Assembly (NCBI GenBank): GCA_029289095.1
Contig: JARFUG010000007.1
Span: forward strand, 9,297-73,296
Length of the DNA stretch: 64,000 bases
Reading direction: 5' to 3'
Origin: Desulfuromonadales bacterium
GTDB lineage: Bacteria > Desulfobacterota > Desulfuromonadia > Desulfuromonadales > JACZKF01
Shown: one piece after another, positions 45,658 through 53,617 of the stretch
How the letters are laid out: each line of letters begins with the position of its first letter
Position numbering within the stretch: the stretch's first letter is position 1
The notes under the pieces: model-generated
The model's input: only the letters and a program-made list of their open reading frames with translations
What the model was told of the DNA's origin: nothing
The model's database searches: none
Made by a program: the position numbers and the translations under genes

Positions 45658-45894
45658 TCAACTCTCCTTGCCGGTGCGCACCTGCGCTTTTTTCCCGCGG
45701 AAGAATTCCCGCACCAGCGCACCGAAGAGCATCATCGCAGGGACGATCTGAAGGGCGATAATGGCGGCGATGAAAAGGAAGAAGATGGCGGGCATCAGAT
45801 TGCCCTCCCCTCCGACTCCCGCCAGGGAACCGAAGAAAATCGTTCCGTACGCGACCAGGGCGACGATGAAGCAACTGATGAATTTCTCTTTCAT
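45658..45894 (-). CDS. Small secreted/single-TM protein, family member B (78 aa)
   Basis: MKEKFISCFIVALVAYGTIFFGSLAGVGGEGNLMPAIFFLFIAAIIALQIVPAMMLF. Its closest relative is the ORF at 51812-52048. SD AAAGGAGGAAGG lies upstream. Confidence 0.65.
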   Translation of the reverse strand: MKEKFISCFIVALVAYGTIFFGSLAGVGGEGNLMPAIFFLFIAAIIALQIVPAMMLFGALVREFFRGKKAQVRTGKES

Positions 45895-45938
45895 GACCTT
45901 CCTCCTTTCACGGTGTCGGCGTTTGCTCTTGTGTAAGA

Positions 45939-45954
45939 GCAACGCCCGTACCCA
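45939..45954 (-). promoter_or_regulatory. Candidate sigma-54 promoter of the small-protein / pseudo-receiver / cytochrome c-b operon
   Basis: The minus strand reads GGGTAC-GGGCG-TTGCT. The invariant GG and GC are present with exact N10 spacing, and the TTGC -12 box is present. It lies 45 nt upstream of ATG 45894. Confidence 0.55.
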
Positions 45955-46046
45955 CGGGAGAAAGAAATCGAACGATTTCAAAACAGCTTGGTTTTCAACA
46001 GGTTGGCGCTATGGCTGGAGCAGGGGAGGGGAGATTTTATTCCTGC

Positions 46047-46087
46047 CCCACGGGAAAATTCCTGCCGGAGAGGAATTTTCCCGTGGG
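46047..46087. promoter_or_regulatory. 16-bp perfect inverted repeat (candidate enhancer-binding-protein UAS and/or terminator of the upstream activator gene)
   Basis: CCCACGGGAAAATTCC-N9-GGAATTTTCCCGTGGG. It sits 7 nt past the stop at 46095 and about 95-135 bp upstream of the -24 element at 45953. Confidence 0.6.
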
Positions 46088-46094
46088 ATGGGAA

Positions 46095-47504
46095 TCAGCC
46101 CGATCTCTCGATTCGGTGCTTTTTCAGCAACGCATAGAGGCGGGATTGGGAAAGGCCGGACAGACGACAGGCTTCGGGAATGTTCTCTTCAGCCAGCGCC
46201 ATCAATTCCTGCAGGTAATGCTTTTCAGCCTGGGTATAGACGTTGTCGCGATAATCCTGAAGCTTCGGGAGTCTCCTCAGGGGTTGTTCGGAAGCGGCTT
46301 CATCCGGAAGTGCATTCCGGCGCACCGAGTGGCGCATGATCTCGGCGCGGAAGGACGGAGGGAGGTGTTTGGGGTAGAGAGTCGGTTCGAAACGTGCTGC
46401 GGAAAAGGCGCGCACCAGGGTGTTCGCCAGTTCGCGCACATTGCCGGGCCAGTGATAGGTGAGCAGGGCGTCGAGGAATTCGGGGGAGAATCCTTTGGAC
46501 GCCACGCCGTCCCCCTCACAGAGCCGGTCGATATGGATCCTCGTCAGTTCCCGGATGTCCTCGGCGCGCTCGCGCAAGGGGGGGAGCTCGATGGTGAAGG
46601 AGCGGAGGCGAAAAAGCAGATCGCTGCGAAACAGATTCCTGGCCACCATATCGTCCAGGTCGCGGTTGGTCGCGGCCACCAGCCGGAAGTCGCTCTCGAC
46701 CTCGCGGGTGCTCCCCAGCGGACGGAAGCGCCTCTCCTGCAGAACCCGCAGGAACGTCTTCTGAACCGATAGAGGGAGTTCGCCGACTTCATCGAGAAAG
46801 AGGGTGCCGCCGTGCGCCTGCCGAACGAGACCTTCCTGCGGTTTTTCCGCGCCGGTGAACGACCCCTTCTCGTGGCCGAAGAGGAGGCTTTCGGCCAGTG
46901 TTTCGGGCAGGGCCGCGCAGTCGACGATGACGAAATTCTTTTCCGCCCGCGGGCTGTTGCGGTGAATCGCCTGGGCGAAGAGCTCTTTGCCCGTCCCCGT
47001 CTCACCGGTGATCAGAATGCTGGCATCGCTGGCCGCCGCCTGGGCGAGCAGATTCAGGCAGGCCTTGAGCTTGGGGCTGTTGCCGCAGATGTCCTCGCGC
47101 TTGAGCGCAACGATGTTCTGCCTTGGGTCGGACTTCTTCTCGCGGCGGTACTGCAGGGCGCGCTCCAGCGAAAGGGTGATCTCCTTGCTCGAGGAACCCT
47201 TCTCGATGTAGTCCCAGGCGCCCGATTTCATCGCCAACTCCGCCCCGTCCGGCTCGCCGAAGCCGGTGATGATGATCACCTCGGGGTTCGAGGCTGCCTG
47301 GGCGAGGCGCGGCAGCGCCTGCAGGCCGTTGCCGTCTGGCATGCGCACATCGAGAAAGATCACGTCGAAATCCTCCGAGGCGCTCTTCTCGAGCCCCTCG
47401 GTCAGGCACGACGCACTGGCCACCTCGTGCCCCAGGCGCGAAGCCATGAGGGAGAGCGACGAGACCATCAGATCATCGTCATCGATGATCAGCACCTTAG
47501 CCAT
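46095..47504 (-). CDS. Sigma-54-dependent response regulator (REC-AAA+-Fis HTH), activator 1
   Basis: REC domain (LIIDDDD...VIFLDVRMPDG), GETGTGKE, GSFTGA, and C-terminal HTH (IPEACRLSGLSQSRLYALLKK). Confidence 0.9.
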   Translation of the reverse strand: MAKVLIIDDDDLMVSSLSLMASRLGHEVASASCLTEGLEKSASEDFDVIFLDVRMPDGNGLQALPRLAQAASNPEVIIITGFGEPDGAELAMKSGAWDYIEKGSSSKEITLSLERALQYRREKKSDPRQNIVALKREDICGNSPKLKACLNLLAQAAASDASILITGETGTGKELFAQAIHRNSPRAEKNFVIVDCAALPETLAESLLFGHEKGSFTGAEKPQEGLVRQAHGGTLFLDEVGELPLSVQKTFLRVLQERRFRPLGSTREVESDFRLVAATNRDLDDMVARNLFRSDLLFRLRSFTIELPPLRERAEDIRELTRIHIDRLCEGDGVASKGFSPEFLDALLTYHWPGNVRELANTLVRAFSAARFEPTLYPKHLPPSFRAEIMRHSVRRNALPDEAASEQPLRRLPKLQDYRDNVYTQAEKHYLQELMALAEENIPEACRLSGLSQSRLYALLKKHRIERSG

Positions 47505-47561
47505 TGCGACCCTCCCGAGTCCCAGCCGTTACGGTCTTTTTTCCCTGTCCTCCGTCTTCGG

Positions 47562-49937
47562 TCATCTGTCCTCTTTCCCGCTCTTCTCATTCCCCCCCCC
47601 GTCCAGAACGCGACGGATGATCCGCGCCATCTCGCTCCTTTCCGTCGGTTTCATGACGACCTCGCGGATGCCGATGGTGCGTGCGATCTTTTCGGTGACG
47701 CCGCTCTGGGAAAAGGAGCCCAGACCGGTGCAGAGGATGACGGGGATGTCGGGGCGCAGGGCGAGGACCTCCAGCGCAAACCTCTCTCCCGTCAGATGGG
47801 GCATTGTCTGGTCGGTGATGACGAGATCGAAGCGATCGGGCTGAGCCCGGAAGACTTCCAGGGCCTCCAGGCTGCTCGTCCCAGCGACGACTTCGTAACC
47901 GAGGTTCTCCAGCATCCGCTGGTTGGACGAGACGATATCGGCCTCATCGTCGAGAAACAGGATGCGCTCCTTCCCGCCGGGTGGCGGAGGCGATGCCGGA
48001 TACTCCTGCTCTGCGTCGCCTGCCGCATCACAGCGGGGCAGATAGACCCGGAAGGTCGTCCCCACCCCCGGTTCGCTGGTGACGTCGATCGCCCCGCCGT
48101 GGCTTCTGACGATGGCGTGGACCACCGAAAGGCCCAGGCCCGTTCCTCGCCCCGGCGCCTTGGTGGTGAAGAACGGGTCGAAGATGCGCTCCATCGTCTT
48201 TCGGTCCATCCCGTGCCCCGTGTCGGCAACGCTCAGACAGACGTAGCGCCCGGGGGGGAGCCCCATCGAGTTGTCGCTCCCCAGATCGCTGTTGCCCATG
48301 AAGATTTCGAGTCGCCCCCCATGCTCCTGCATGGCGTCGGCGGCGTTGGTGCACAGGTTCATGATGACCTGGTGGATCTGCGAGGTGTCGGCGTGGACGA
48401 AGCCGATCCCGTTGGTCCGGTGCAGAGGGATCTCGATCGTCGTCGGGAGGGAGGCTCGCAGCAGCTTCAGACACTCCCTGGCGATCAGATCGATGCGTAC
48501 CGGCTGACGCTCCTCTTCCTTCTGGTAGCTCAGGGTGAGGATCTGGCGCACGAGACTCCTGGCCCGGAACCCCGCCTTCAGAACGATTGCCAGATGCTCC
48601 CGCAGCGCCGAGCCTTCCGGGGCGTCATCCATCGCCATTTCGGTGTTGGTGATGATGGCTGCCAGGATGTTGTTGAAGTCGTGGGCGATCCCTCCGGCGA
48701 GCGTCGCGATCGCCTCCACCTTCTGGGCCTGGCAGAGCTGCCTTTCGAGCTGGACTTCGTAGGTGAGATCCCTCACGACGGCGGCGTAGGCCGTCGTCCC
48801 CGATGGTTCGCTCACCGGCGAGACTTTTACCTCGATGTCGTACAGGGTTCCGTCATTCCGGCGGTTCGCCAGGCGTTCGAAGCGACTCTGTCCGGTGTGG
48901 ACAGCATCGCTCATGATCTGGAAAAAGGATCTGTTCGTCCCGACCTTCTCGACATTGCGCACGTTTCTTCCAATCAGCTCTTCCCGGCCGTACCCGCTGA
49001 TCGTTTCGAAAGCCGGGTTGACGTAGTGAATGAACCCTGCGGTATTGAAGGTGAGGATGCCGTCGGTTTCCTGCTCGACGATCGTCGCCAGCAGGGTCCT
49101 CTCCCTTTGCGTGCGCTCCTTGTCGCGGCGCATCCGCAGCGTGGCGATGCCGTAGGCGAGATCGTCGGCAAGCCCCTTGAGGAGATCGAGTTCCCGACCG
49201 TCGAAGGCGTCGGGCTCGCCGGCGAAGATGACCAGAGCGCCGATGACCCGGGCCTCGATGCTCAACGGGAGTGAGGCCGATGATGCGTAACCGAGCCGCA
49301 GGGCCTTTTCGCGCCATGGCCCCCACTTCCTGTCGGTTAGTATATGGCGTGCGATGTGCGGCTCCGCCGAGCGGATGGCGTGGCCGGTCGGTCCCTGGCC
49401 CAGTTCGTCGTCTCCCCACGAGACGCGGATCGATTCGAGGTATCCGTGCTCGTCCCCCCATTGAGCCGCAGGTCGGACGGTCTTCTGGGCGTCGTTTTCG
49501 GCCAGTCCGACCCAGGCCAGGCGATATCCCCCCGACTCGACGATGATGCGGCATACATCGGTCATCAGGGCCTGCTCGCTTTCGGCGCGCACAACGAGCT
49601 GACTGCAGTCGCTGCGCGCCTTCAGTGCGCGATTGACCCGGTGAAGCGTCTGCTGAGAGGCGAGGAAGTTATTTTCCGTATTGCGGATCAGGTAAAACAG
49701 GAAGCCGCCGGTGAAGATCAGGCCGGCATAGCACAGGATGTATTCTGCCCGGCGAACGCTTTCCGACAGGATGAGCCACTCCGAAAAGAAAAAGAGGGTG
49801 GAGAAGATCCAGACGGCTGCGATCAGGAGGTAGATCGTGGTAATCGGAAGAGTGTCGGCCCTCGCCTGGAGTTGCATGCTCACCTGCTCAGTCGACGTCA
49901 GTTGGTATTTCCCCGACCCGCAACCCTGCAAAGACAA
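47562..49937 (-). CDS. Hybrid sensor histidine kinase (TM-GAF-PAS-HisKA-HATPase-REC)
   Basis: N-terminal TM helices, a GAF-like region, PAS domain (ETDGILTFNTAGFIHYVNPAF), H-box GGIAHDFNN, G-boxes DTGHGM / GTGLGL, and C-terminal REC (ILFLDDE...LVITDQTMP). The start is uncertain (49937 or 49877). Confidence 0.88.
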   Translation of the reverse strand: MSLQGCGSGKYQLTSTEQVSMQLQARADTLPITTIYLLIAAVWIFSTLFFFSEWLILSESVRRAEYILCYAGLIFTGGFLFYLIRNTENNFLASQQTLHRVNRALKARSDCSQLVVRAESEQALMTDVCRIIVESGGYRLAWVGLAENDAQKTVRPAAQWGDEHGYLESIRVSWGDDELGQGPTGHAIRSAEPHIARHILTDRKWGPWREKALRLGYASSASLPLSIEARVIGALVIFAGEPDAFDGRELDLLKGLADDLAYGIATLRMRRDKERTQRERTLLATIVEQETDGILTFNTAGFIHYVNPAFETISGYGREELIGRNVRNVEKVGTNRSFFQIMSDAVHTGQSRFERLANRRNDGTLYDIEVKVSPVSEPSGTTAYAAVVRDLTYEVQLERQLCQAQKVEAIATLAGGIAHDFNNILAAIITNTEMAMDDAPEGSALREHLAIVLKAGFRARSLVRQILTLSYQKEEERQPVRIDLIARECLKLLRASLPTTIEIPLHRTNGIGFVHADTSQIHQVIMNLCTNAADAMQEHGGRLEIFMGNSDLGSDNSMGLPPGRYVCLSVADTGHGMDRKTMERIFDPFFTTKAPGRGTGLGLSVVHAIVRSHGGAIDVTSEPGVGTTFRVYLPRCDAAGDAEQEYPASPPPPGGKERILFLDDEADIVSSNQRMLENLGYEVVAGTSSLEALEVFRAQPDRFDLVITDQTMPHLTGERFALEVLALRPDIPVILCTGLGSFSQSGVTEKIARTIGIREVVMKPTERSEMARIIRRVLDGGGNEKSGKEDR

Positions 49938-49986
49938 GCAGCCGAGATGCGAAGGCCGCTCACCCCTTGCTCTTCACTCCGTACGG

Positions 49987-51399
49987 TTACGAAGTCGGGC
50001 CTTCGCGTCCGGAGATCCCCTGTTTTTTCAGCAAAGCCTGAAAGTTGGGGCGCAGCATGCCGACTTCCTTGGCCGCCCGGGTGACGCTCCAGTCGTTGCG
50101 GTTGAGCGCCTCCAGCAGGAAGGCCCGCTCCAGCGATTCCACCGCACGCACGCGCAACTGGCGTTTTTTGAGTTTGAGCTCTTCATGGCTGTGGGGGATG
50201 TGATCGAGCGGGGAGGCCCTTTCCTCCCCCGGGGGGTGCAGTTCGAGATCTTCGCGCTGGATGAATTCCTCCTCGGTCAGGACGACCGCCCTCTCGATGA
50301 GGTTCTCGAGCTCCCGGACATTGCCGGGGAAGTGGTAATTCTCGAGCATCCTGAGAGCTTCGGGGGCGATCCCCTTGATTTCCTTGCCGAGCTCCTCGGC
50401 GAAGTGCTTGATGAAATGCGCCGTGAGCAGGCGCAGGTCCCCCGATCTCTCGCGAAGCGGAGGCAGGTCTATGGGGATGATGTTGAGGCGGAAAAAGAGA
50501 TCGTCCCGAAATTTCCCTTCGGCGACGAGGTCCCGCAGGTTGCGGTTGGTGGCCGCCACGAGGCGGATGTTGATCGGAACGGGTTGCGTCCCCCCGATGG
50601 GGGTCACCTCGCGCTCCTGAAGCACTCGCAGCAGCTTGGCCTGGGTGGTGAGACTGATGTTGGCGACCTCGTCGAGAAAGAGGGTGCCGTTGTCGGCGAT
50701 CTTGAACAGGCCGGACTTGGTCTGGACCGCTCCGGTGAAGGAGCCCTTGACGTGGCCGAAGAGTTCGCTCTCGAGCAGGTTCTCCACCAGTGAGGTGCAG
50801 TCGACGGCGACAAAGGGGTAATCGCGCCTTGCGCTGTTGCGATGGATCGCCTGGGCGACGAGTTCCTTGCCCGTTCCGCTTTCGCCGGTGATCAGCACGG
50901 TGCTGTCGGTCGGGGCCACCTGCAGGATGCGCCGGTAGACTCGCTCCATCTCGCGGCTGGCGCCGATGAAGCGGTCGAATCCCTTGAAGTCCCTCAGCTC
51001 TTTTCTGATGTAGATGTCGTCGAGGAGGATGACCTTCTGCTCCAGCGCCGACTGAACCTTCTCGGCGATCTCCTCGGGAGTGAAGGGCTTGGCGATGTAG
51101 TCGACGGCGCCGTTCTTCATCGCCTCGACTGCCGTGTCGACCGTCGAGTACCCCGTGATCATGATGATCGGGACTTCGGGCTGGGTGGTTTTGATGTGTT
51201 TCAGAACTTCGATGCCGCTCATGCCGGGCATCTTCAGGTCGGTAATGACCAGGCCGAACTGCTGCGTGGTCATTCTTTCAACAGCCAGCGCGCCGCTGGC
51301 GAACAGTTCGACCGAATATCCCCTCCCCTCGAGGATGCGCCGCAGTCCCTGCCGGATCACGGCATCGTCATCAACAACCAGAATGTTGAGCTTTTCCAT
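49987..51399 (-). CDS. Sigma-54-dependent response regulator (REC-AAA+-Fis HTH), activator 2
   Basis: [12 protein letters not shown]...[24 protein letters not shown], and C-terminal HTH ([21 protein letters not shown]). SD GAGGAG lies upstream of ATG 51399. Confidence 0.9.
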   Translation of the reverse strand: MEKLNILVVDDDAVIRQGLRRILEGRGYSVELFASGALAVERMTTQQFGLVITDLKMPGMSGIEVLKHIKTTQPEVPIIMITGYSTVDTAVEAMKNGAVDYIAKPFTPEEIAEKVQSALEQKVILLDDIYIRKELRDFKGFDRFIGASREMERVYRRILQVAPTDSTVLITGESGTGKELVAQAIHRNSARRDYPFVAVDCTSLVENLLESELFGHVKGSFTGAVQTKSGLFKIADNGTLFLDEVANISLTTQAKLLRVLQEREVTPIGGTQPVPINIRLVAATNRNLRDLVAEGKFRDDLFFRLNIIPIDLPPLRERSGDLRLLTAHFIKHFAEELGKEIKGIAPEALRMLENYHFPGNVRELENLIERAVVLTEEEFIQREDLELHPPGEERASPLDHIPHSHEELKLKKRQLRVRAVESLERAFLLEALNRNDWSVTRAAKEVGMLRPNFQALLKKQGISGREGPTS

Positions 51400-51707
51400 C
51401 CGGCAGGCTCCTCGTATAGGTGCAAACAGTGCAAACAAAATCCCTCTAGAAACAATTTAATTGTGCCTAATGCAGTCTAATGTAGCAATTTTTGCGAGTC
51501 AAGGGATAAAAGCCGCTTCCCTGGGGGTGTATAGCAGAATCATACACTGTCGAAAGAGGAATGGAAGCATAGAAAAAACGTGCAGATGCACATTTTTCCG
51601 CGATTCCCGCCGGCCTTCGCTTCTGACGGGGGTGCACAAATTTTTTATACGTTCCAGAGGGCAACGCGACGAGAGCGAAAGTTCTTCTGGCCGGAATAAG
51701 CTCGTAA

Positions 51708-51720
51708 AATCAAGCTCTTG
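51708..51720 (+). promoter_or_regulatory. Candidate IHF site (WATCAA-N4-TTR) just upstream of the sigma-54 promoter
   Basis: AATCAAGCTCTTG matches the consensus exactly. A degenerate counterpart, AACCAAGCTGTTT, occurs upstream of the minus-strand promoter at 45939. Confidence 0.45.
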
Positions 51721-51737
51721 AATAATGTGTTTGCAAG

Positions 51738-51753
51738 TGGCACGCCCTCTGCA
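51738..51753 (+). promoter_or_regulatory. Sigma-54 promoter of the small-protein / pseudo-receiver / c3-FeS-NrfD operon
   Basis: TGGCACG-CCCT-CTGCA with exact GG-N10-GC spacing, 60 nt upstream of ATG 51812. Confidence 0.7.
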
Positions 51754-51811
51754 CAAGGGAAAGACACGGGCCGGAACCCGTCGGCATTTCCCTCAAGAGC
51801 AGGAGGTCATC

Positions 51812-52048
51812 ATGAAAAACATCCTCAAGGCAGCCCTCGTCGTTGTACTGAGCAGCTCGACCGCTTTCGCGGCAGGAGCGGGGCAGGGCGAAGGTCTCAG
51901 CACCCTGACCATCCTCTTTCTCGTCTTCGGAGCCACCATCCTCGTCTTTCAACTCGTTCCCGGGATCGCTCTTTTCGTCTCCATGATCCGGGGGCTTTTC
52001 TCGCGCAAGGAGGCTATCGACGCGGTGAATGCGGGCGAAAAAAATTAG
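51812..52048 (+). CDS. Small secreted/single-TM protein, family member C (78 aa)
   Basis: MKNILKAALVVVLSSSTAFAAGAGQGEGLSTLTILFLVFGATILVFQLVPGIALF. SD AGGAGG lies upstream. The longer track ORF (51725) would include the promoter, so it was rejected. Confidence 0.65.
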   Translation: MKNILKAALVVVLSSSTAFAAGAGQGEGLSTLTILFLVFGATILVFQLVPGIALFVSMIRGLFSRKEAIDAVNAGEKN

Positions 52049-52099
52049 TTCGGTCGGCGAAAGCGTCAGACGCTAACCCCTAAAGAGAGGGTAAGGGTC

Positions 52100-52486
52100 A
52101 TGCTGGGACTTCTCATCGCAGATGAAAATGTGGAATCCAGAAAACAGATGGCCGACCTTTTCATCGAGGCGGGATACAACGTAACCGTGACAAACTCGGC
52201 CGCCAACGCACTCTATGGAATTCTCAAGAGAACAGCTCAGGTCGTGATCCTGAGCAGCCAGTTCGACGAGATTACGGCCACGGAGCTCATCCCCATACTC
52301 AAGAAATGCAACCGCAAGCTCACTATCATCCTGGTTTCCGGCGACCTGTCTCTGTCTCTGCTTCGAAAGGTCCGAAAGGAAGGAATTTTCTACCACGCTC
52401 TCAAGCCGGTGGAGCCCGAAGATCGAGAGGAGATCCGACAGGTCGTCCAGTGCGCCTTCAACAACCTGTCAAGTTCGATGGTTTAG
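52100..52486 (+). CDS. Stand-alone pseudo-receiver, copy 2
   Basis: 128 aa, colinear with the protein at 45226-45627 (LIPxxKxCxRxLTIILVS, EGIFYHxLKPV, EEIRxxVxCAF). Ser occupies the phospho-acceptor position (VVILSSQ). Confidence 0.75.
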   Translation: MLGLLIADENVESRKQMADLFIEAGYNVTVTNSAANALYGILKRTAQVVILSSQFDEITATELIPILKKCNRKLTIILVSGDLSLSLLRKVRKEGIFYHALKPVEPEDREEIRQVVQCAFNNLSSSMV

Positions 52487-52530
52487 GCGGAACACAGGTT
52501 CCGGTATTCAATTTTCGAAAGGAGAACGCC

Positions 52531-52779
52531 ATGAAAAAGCCCGCAACGCCCCTCATGACTGTCTGCATGCTCCTGGCGGCAGCCCCCGCATTTGCCGTCG
52601 ACACGACCCAGGTTTACAGCAGCGGCATTCTGGTCCTCGTATTTCTCGGGATCTGCGCCCTGTTCGTCGTCTCTCAACTGATTCCCGCCATGATGATGCT
52701 TTTGGGGATGGTCAAGGGGGTCTTCAAAGGCAAGAGGATCGAAGCGGTCGCCGAGGCCGAGAAGAAGAATCTGGGCTGA
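52531..52779 (+). CDS. Small secreted/single-TM protein, family member D (82 aa)
   Basis: MKKPATPLMTVCMLLAAAPAFAVDT (signal peptide), then SSGILVLVFLGICALFVVSQLIPAMMM. SD AAAGGAG lies upstream of ATG 52531. Confidence 0.65.
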   Translation: MKKPATPLMTVCMLLAAAPAFAVDTTQVYSSGILVLVFLGICALFVVSQLIPAMMMLLGMVKGVFKGKRIEAVAEAEKKNLG

Positions 52780-52818
52780 GTGCAGCAACCGACGTTCACA
52801 CCTAAGGGAGGTTTCTCC

Positions 52819-52998
52819 ATGGATGCCATCATGTCGCGGTTTTTAAACTCGGTCGGTGAATACAAGAGCGTCTACACCCTGGTCGACTTCTACCAGTACA
52901 TCAAGGGGGTGGAATACCTCCTGATCGTCGCTTTCTTCATCGTCTTTGTGAAGTATTTCAAATATATCGACGCGCCGCAGCAGAAGAAGGAGCACTGA
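52819..52998 (+). CDS. Small single-TM membrane protein (59 aa)
   Basis: SD AAGGGAGG lies upstream of ATG 52819. Hydrophobic helix YLLIVAFFIVFV. It occupies the same operon position as the ORF at 44639-44878. Confidence 0.45.
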   Translation: MDAIMSRFLNSVGEYKSVYTLVDFYQYIKGVEYLLIVAFFIVFVKYFKYIDAPQQKKEH

Positions 52999-53045
52999 GG
53001 CCGCGGCGCTTCAGACGTTTACTCACAAGCGGAGGAGAGATCGCA

Positions 53046-53534
53046 ATGCATACAAAACGCAAATGGTTGGTTGGCGCAATCGTTCTGGCCGCCCTCTGGA
53101 GCGCCCCTCTCGAGGAAGGTGCAGCGCAGGATTTTCCCGAATTCATCGAACTGGATTCCCTGAGTGATCTCTACGGTCCGGTCCCCTTCGATCATCTGAT
53201 GCACCTCGATTTCGGGAGCTGCGCCGATTGCCACCATCACGGCACGGGCGTTCCGGTGCAGGATGCAAACTGCGCCCGCTGTCACAGCAACGCAGAGACG
53301 GTGCCGATCATCAGTTGCAAAGAGTGCCACGCACGCGATCCCTTCTCAGCCACGGATATCCGGGAGAAAGAGGCAGATCTCCACCTCTATCATCGCGACA
53401 AGCCGGGGCTGAAGGGGGCCTATCACCTGAGCTGTCTCGGATGCCACGAAGAAATGGGCGCCCCGACCGGGTGCAACGACTGTCACGTCAGGACCAAGGC
53501 GGGCGAGGCCTTCTTCCGGGGCGGCCCCCGGTGA
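53046..53534 (+). CDS. Periplasmic c3-type (class III) multiheme cytochrome, five CXXCH motifs
   Basis: Signal peptide, then CADCH, CARCH, CKECH, CLGCH and CNDCH within 162 aa. Confidence 0.85.
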   Translation: MHTKRKWLVGAIVLAALWSAPLEEGAAQDFPEFIELDSLSDLYGPVPFDHLMHLDFGSCADCHHHGTGVPVQDANCARCHSNAETVPIISCKECHARDPFSATDIREKEADLHLYHRDKPGLKGAYHLSCLGCHEEMGAPTGCNDCHVRTKAGEAFFRGGPR

Positions 53535-53617
53535 TCGGCTGGGCAGGGGAGCGCCGGCACCGAGCGTGAATCCGGCGGTTTGCGCAAGCGACTCGAAATA
53601 GAGCGAGGAGATAGATC

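Noticed and set aside
46812-49274. 820-aa ORF on the plus strand, antisense to activator 1 and the hybrid kinase
   Set aside because: It is an antisense shadow of two genes with clear REC, AAA+ and HATPase motifs. It has no motifs of its own.
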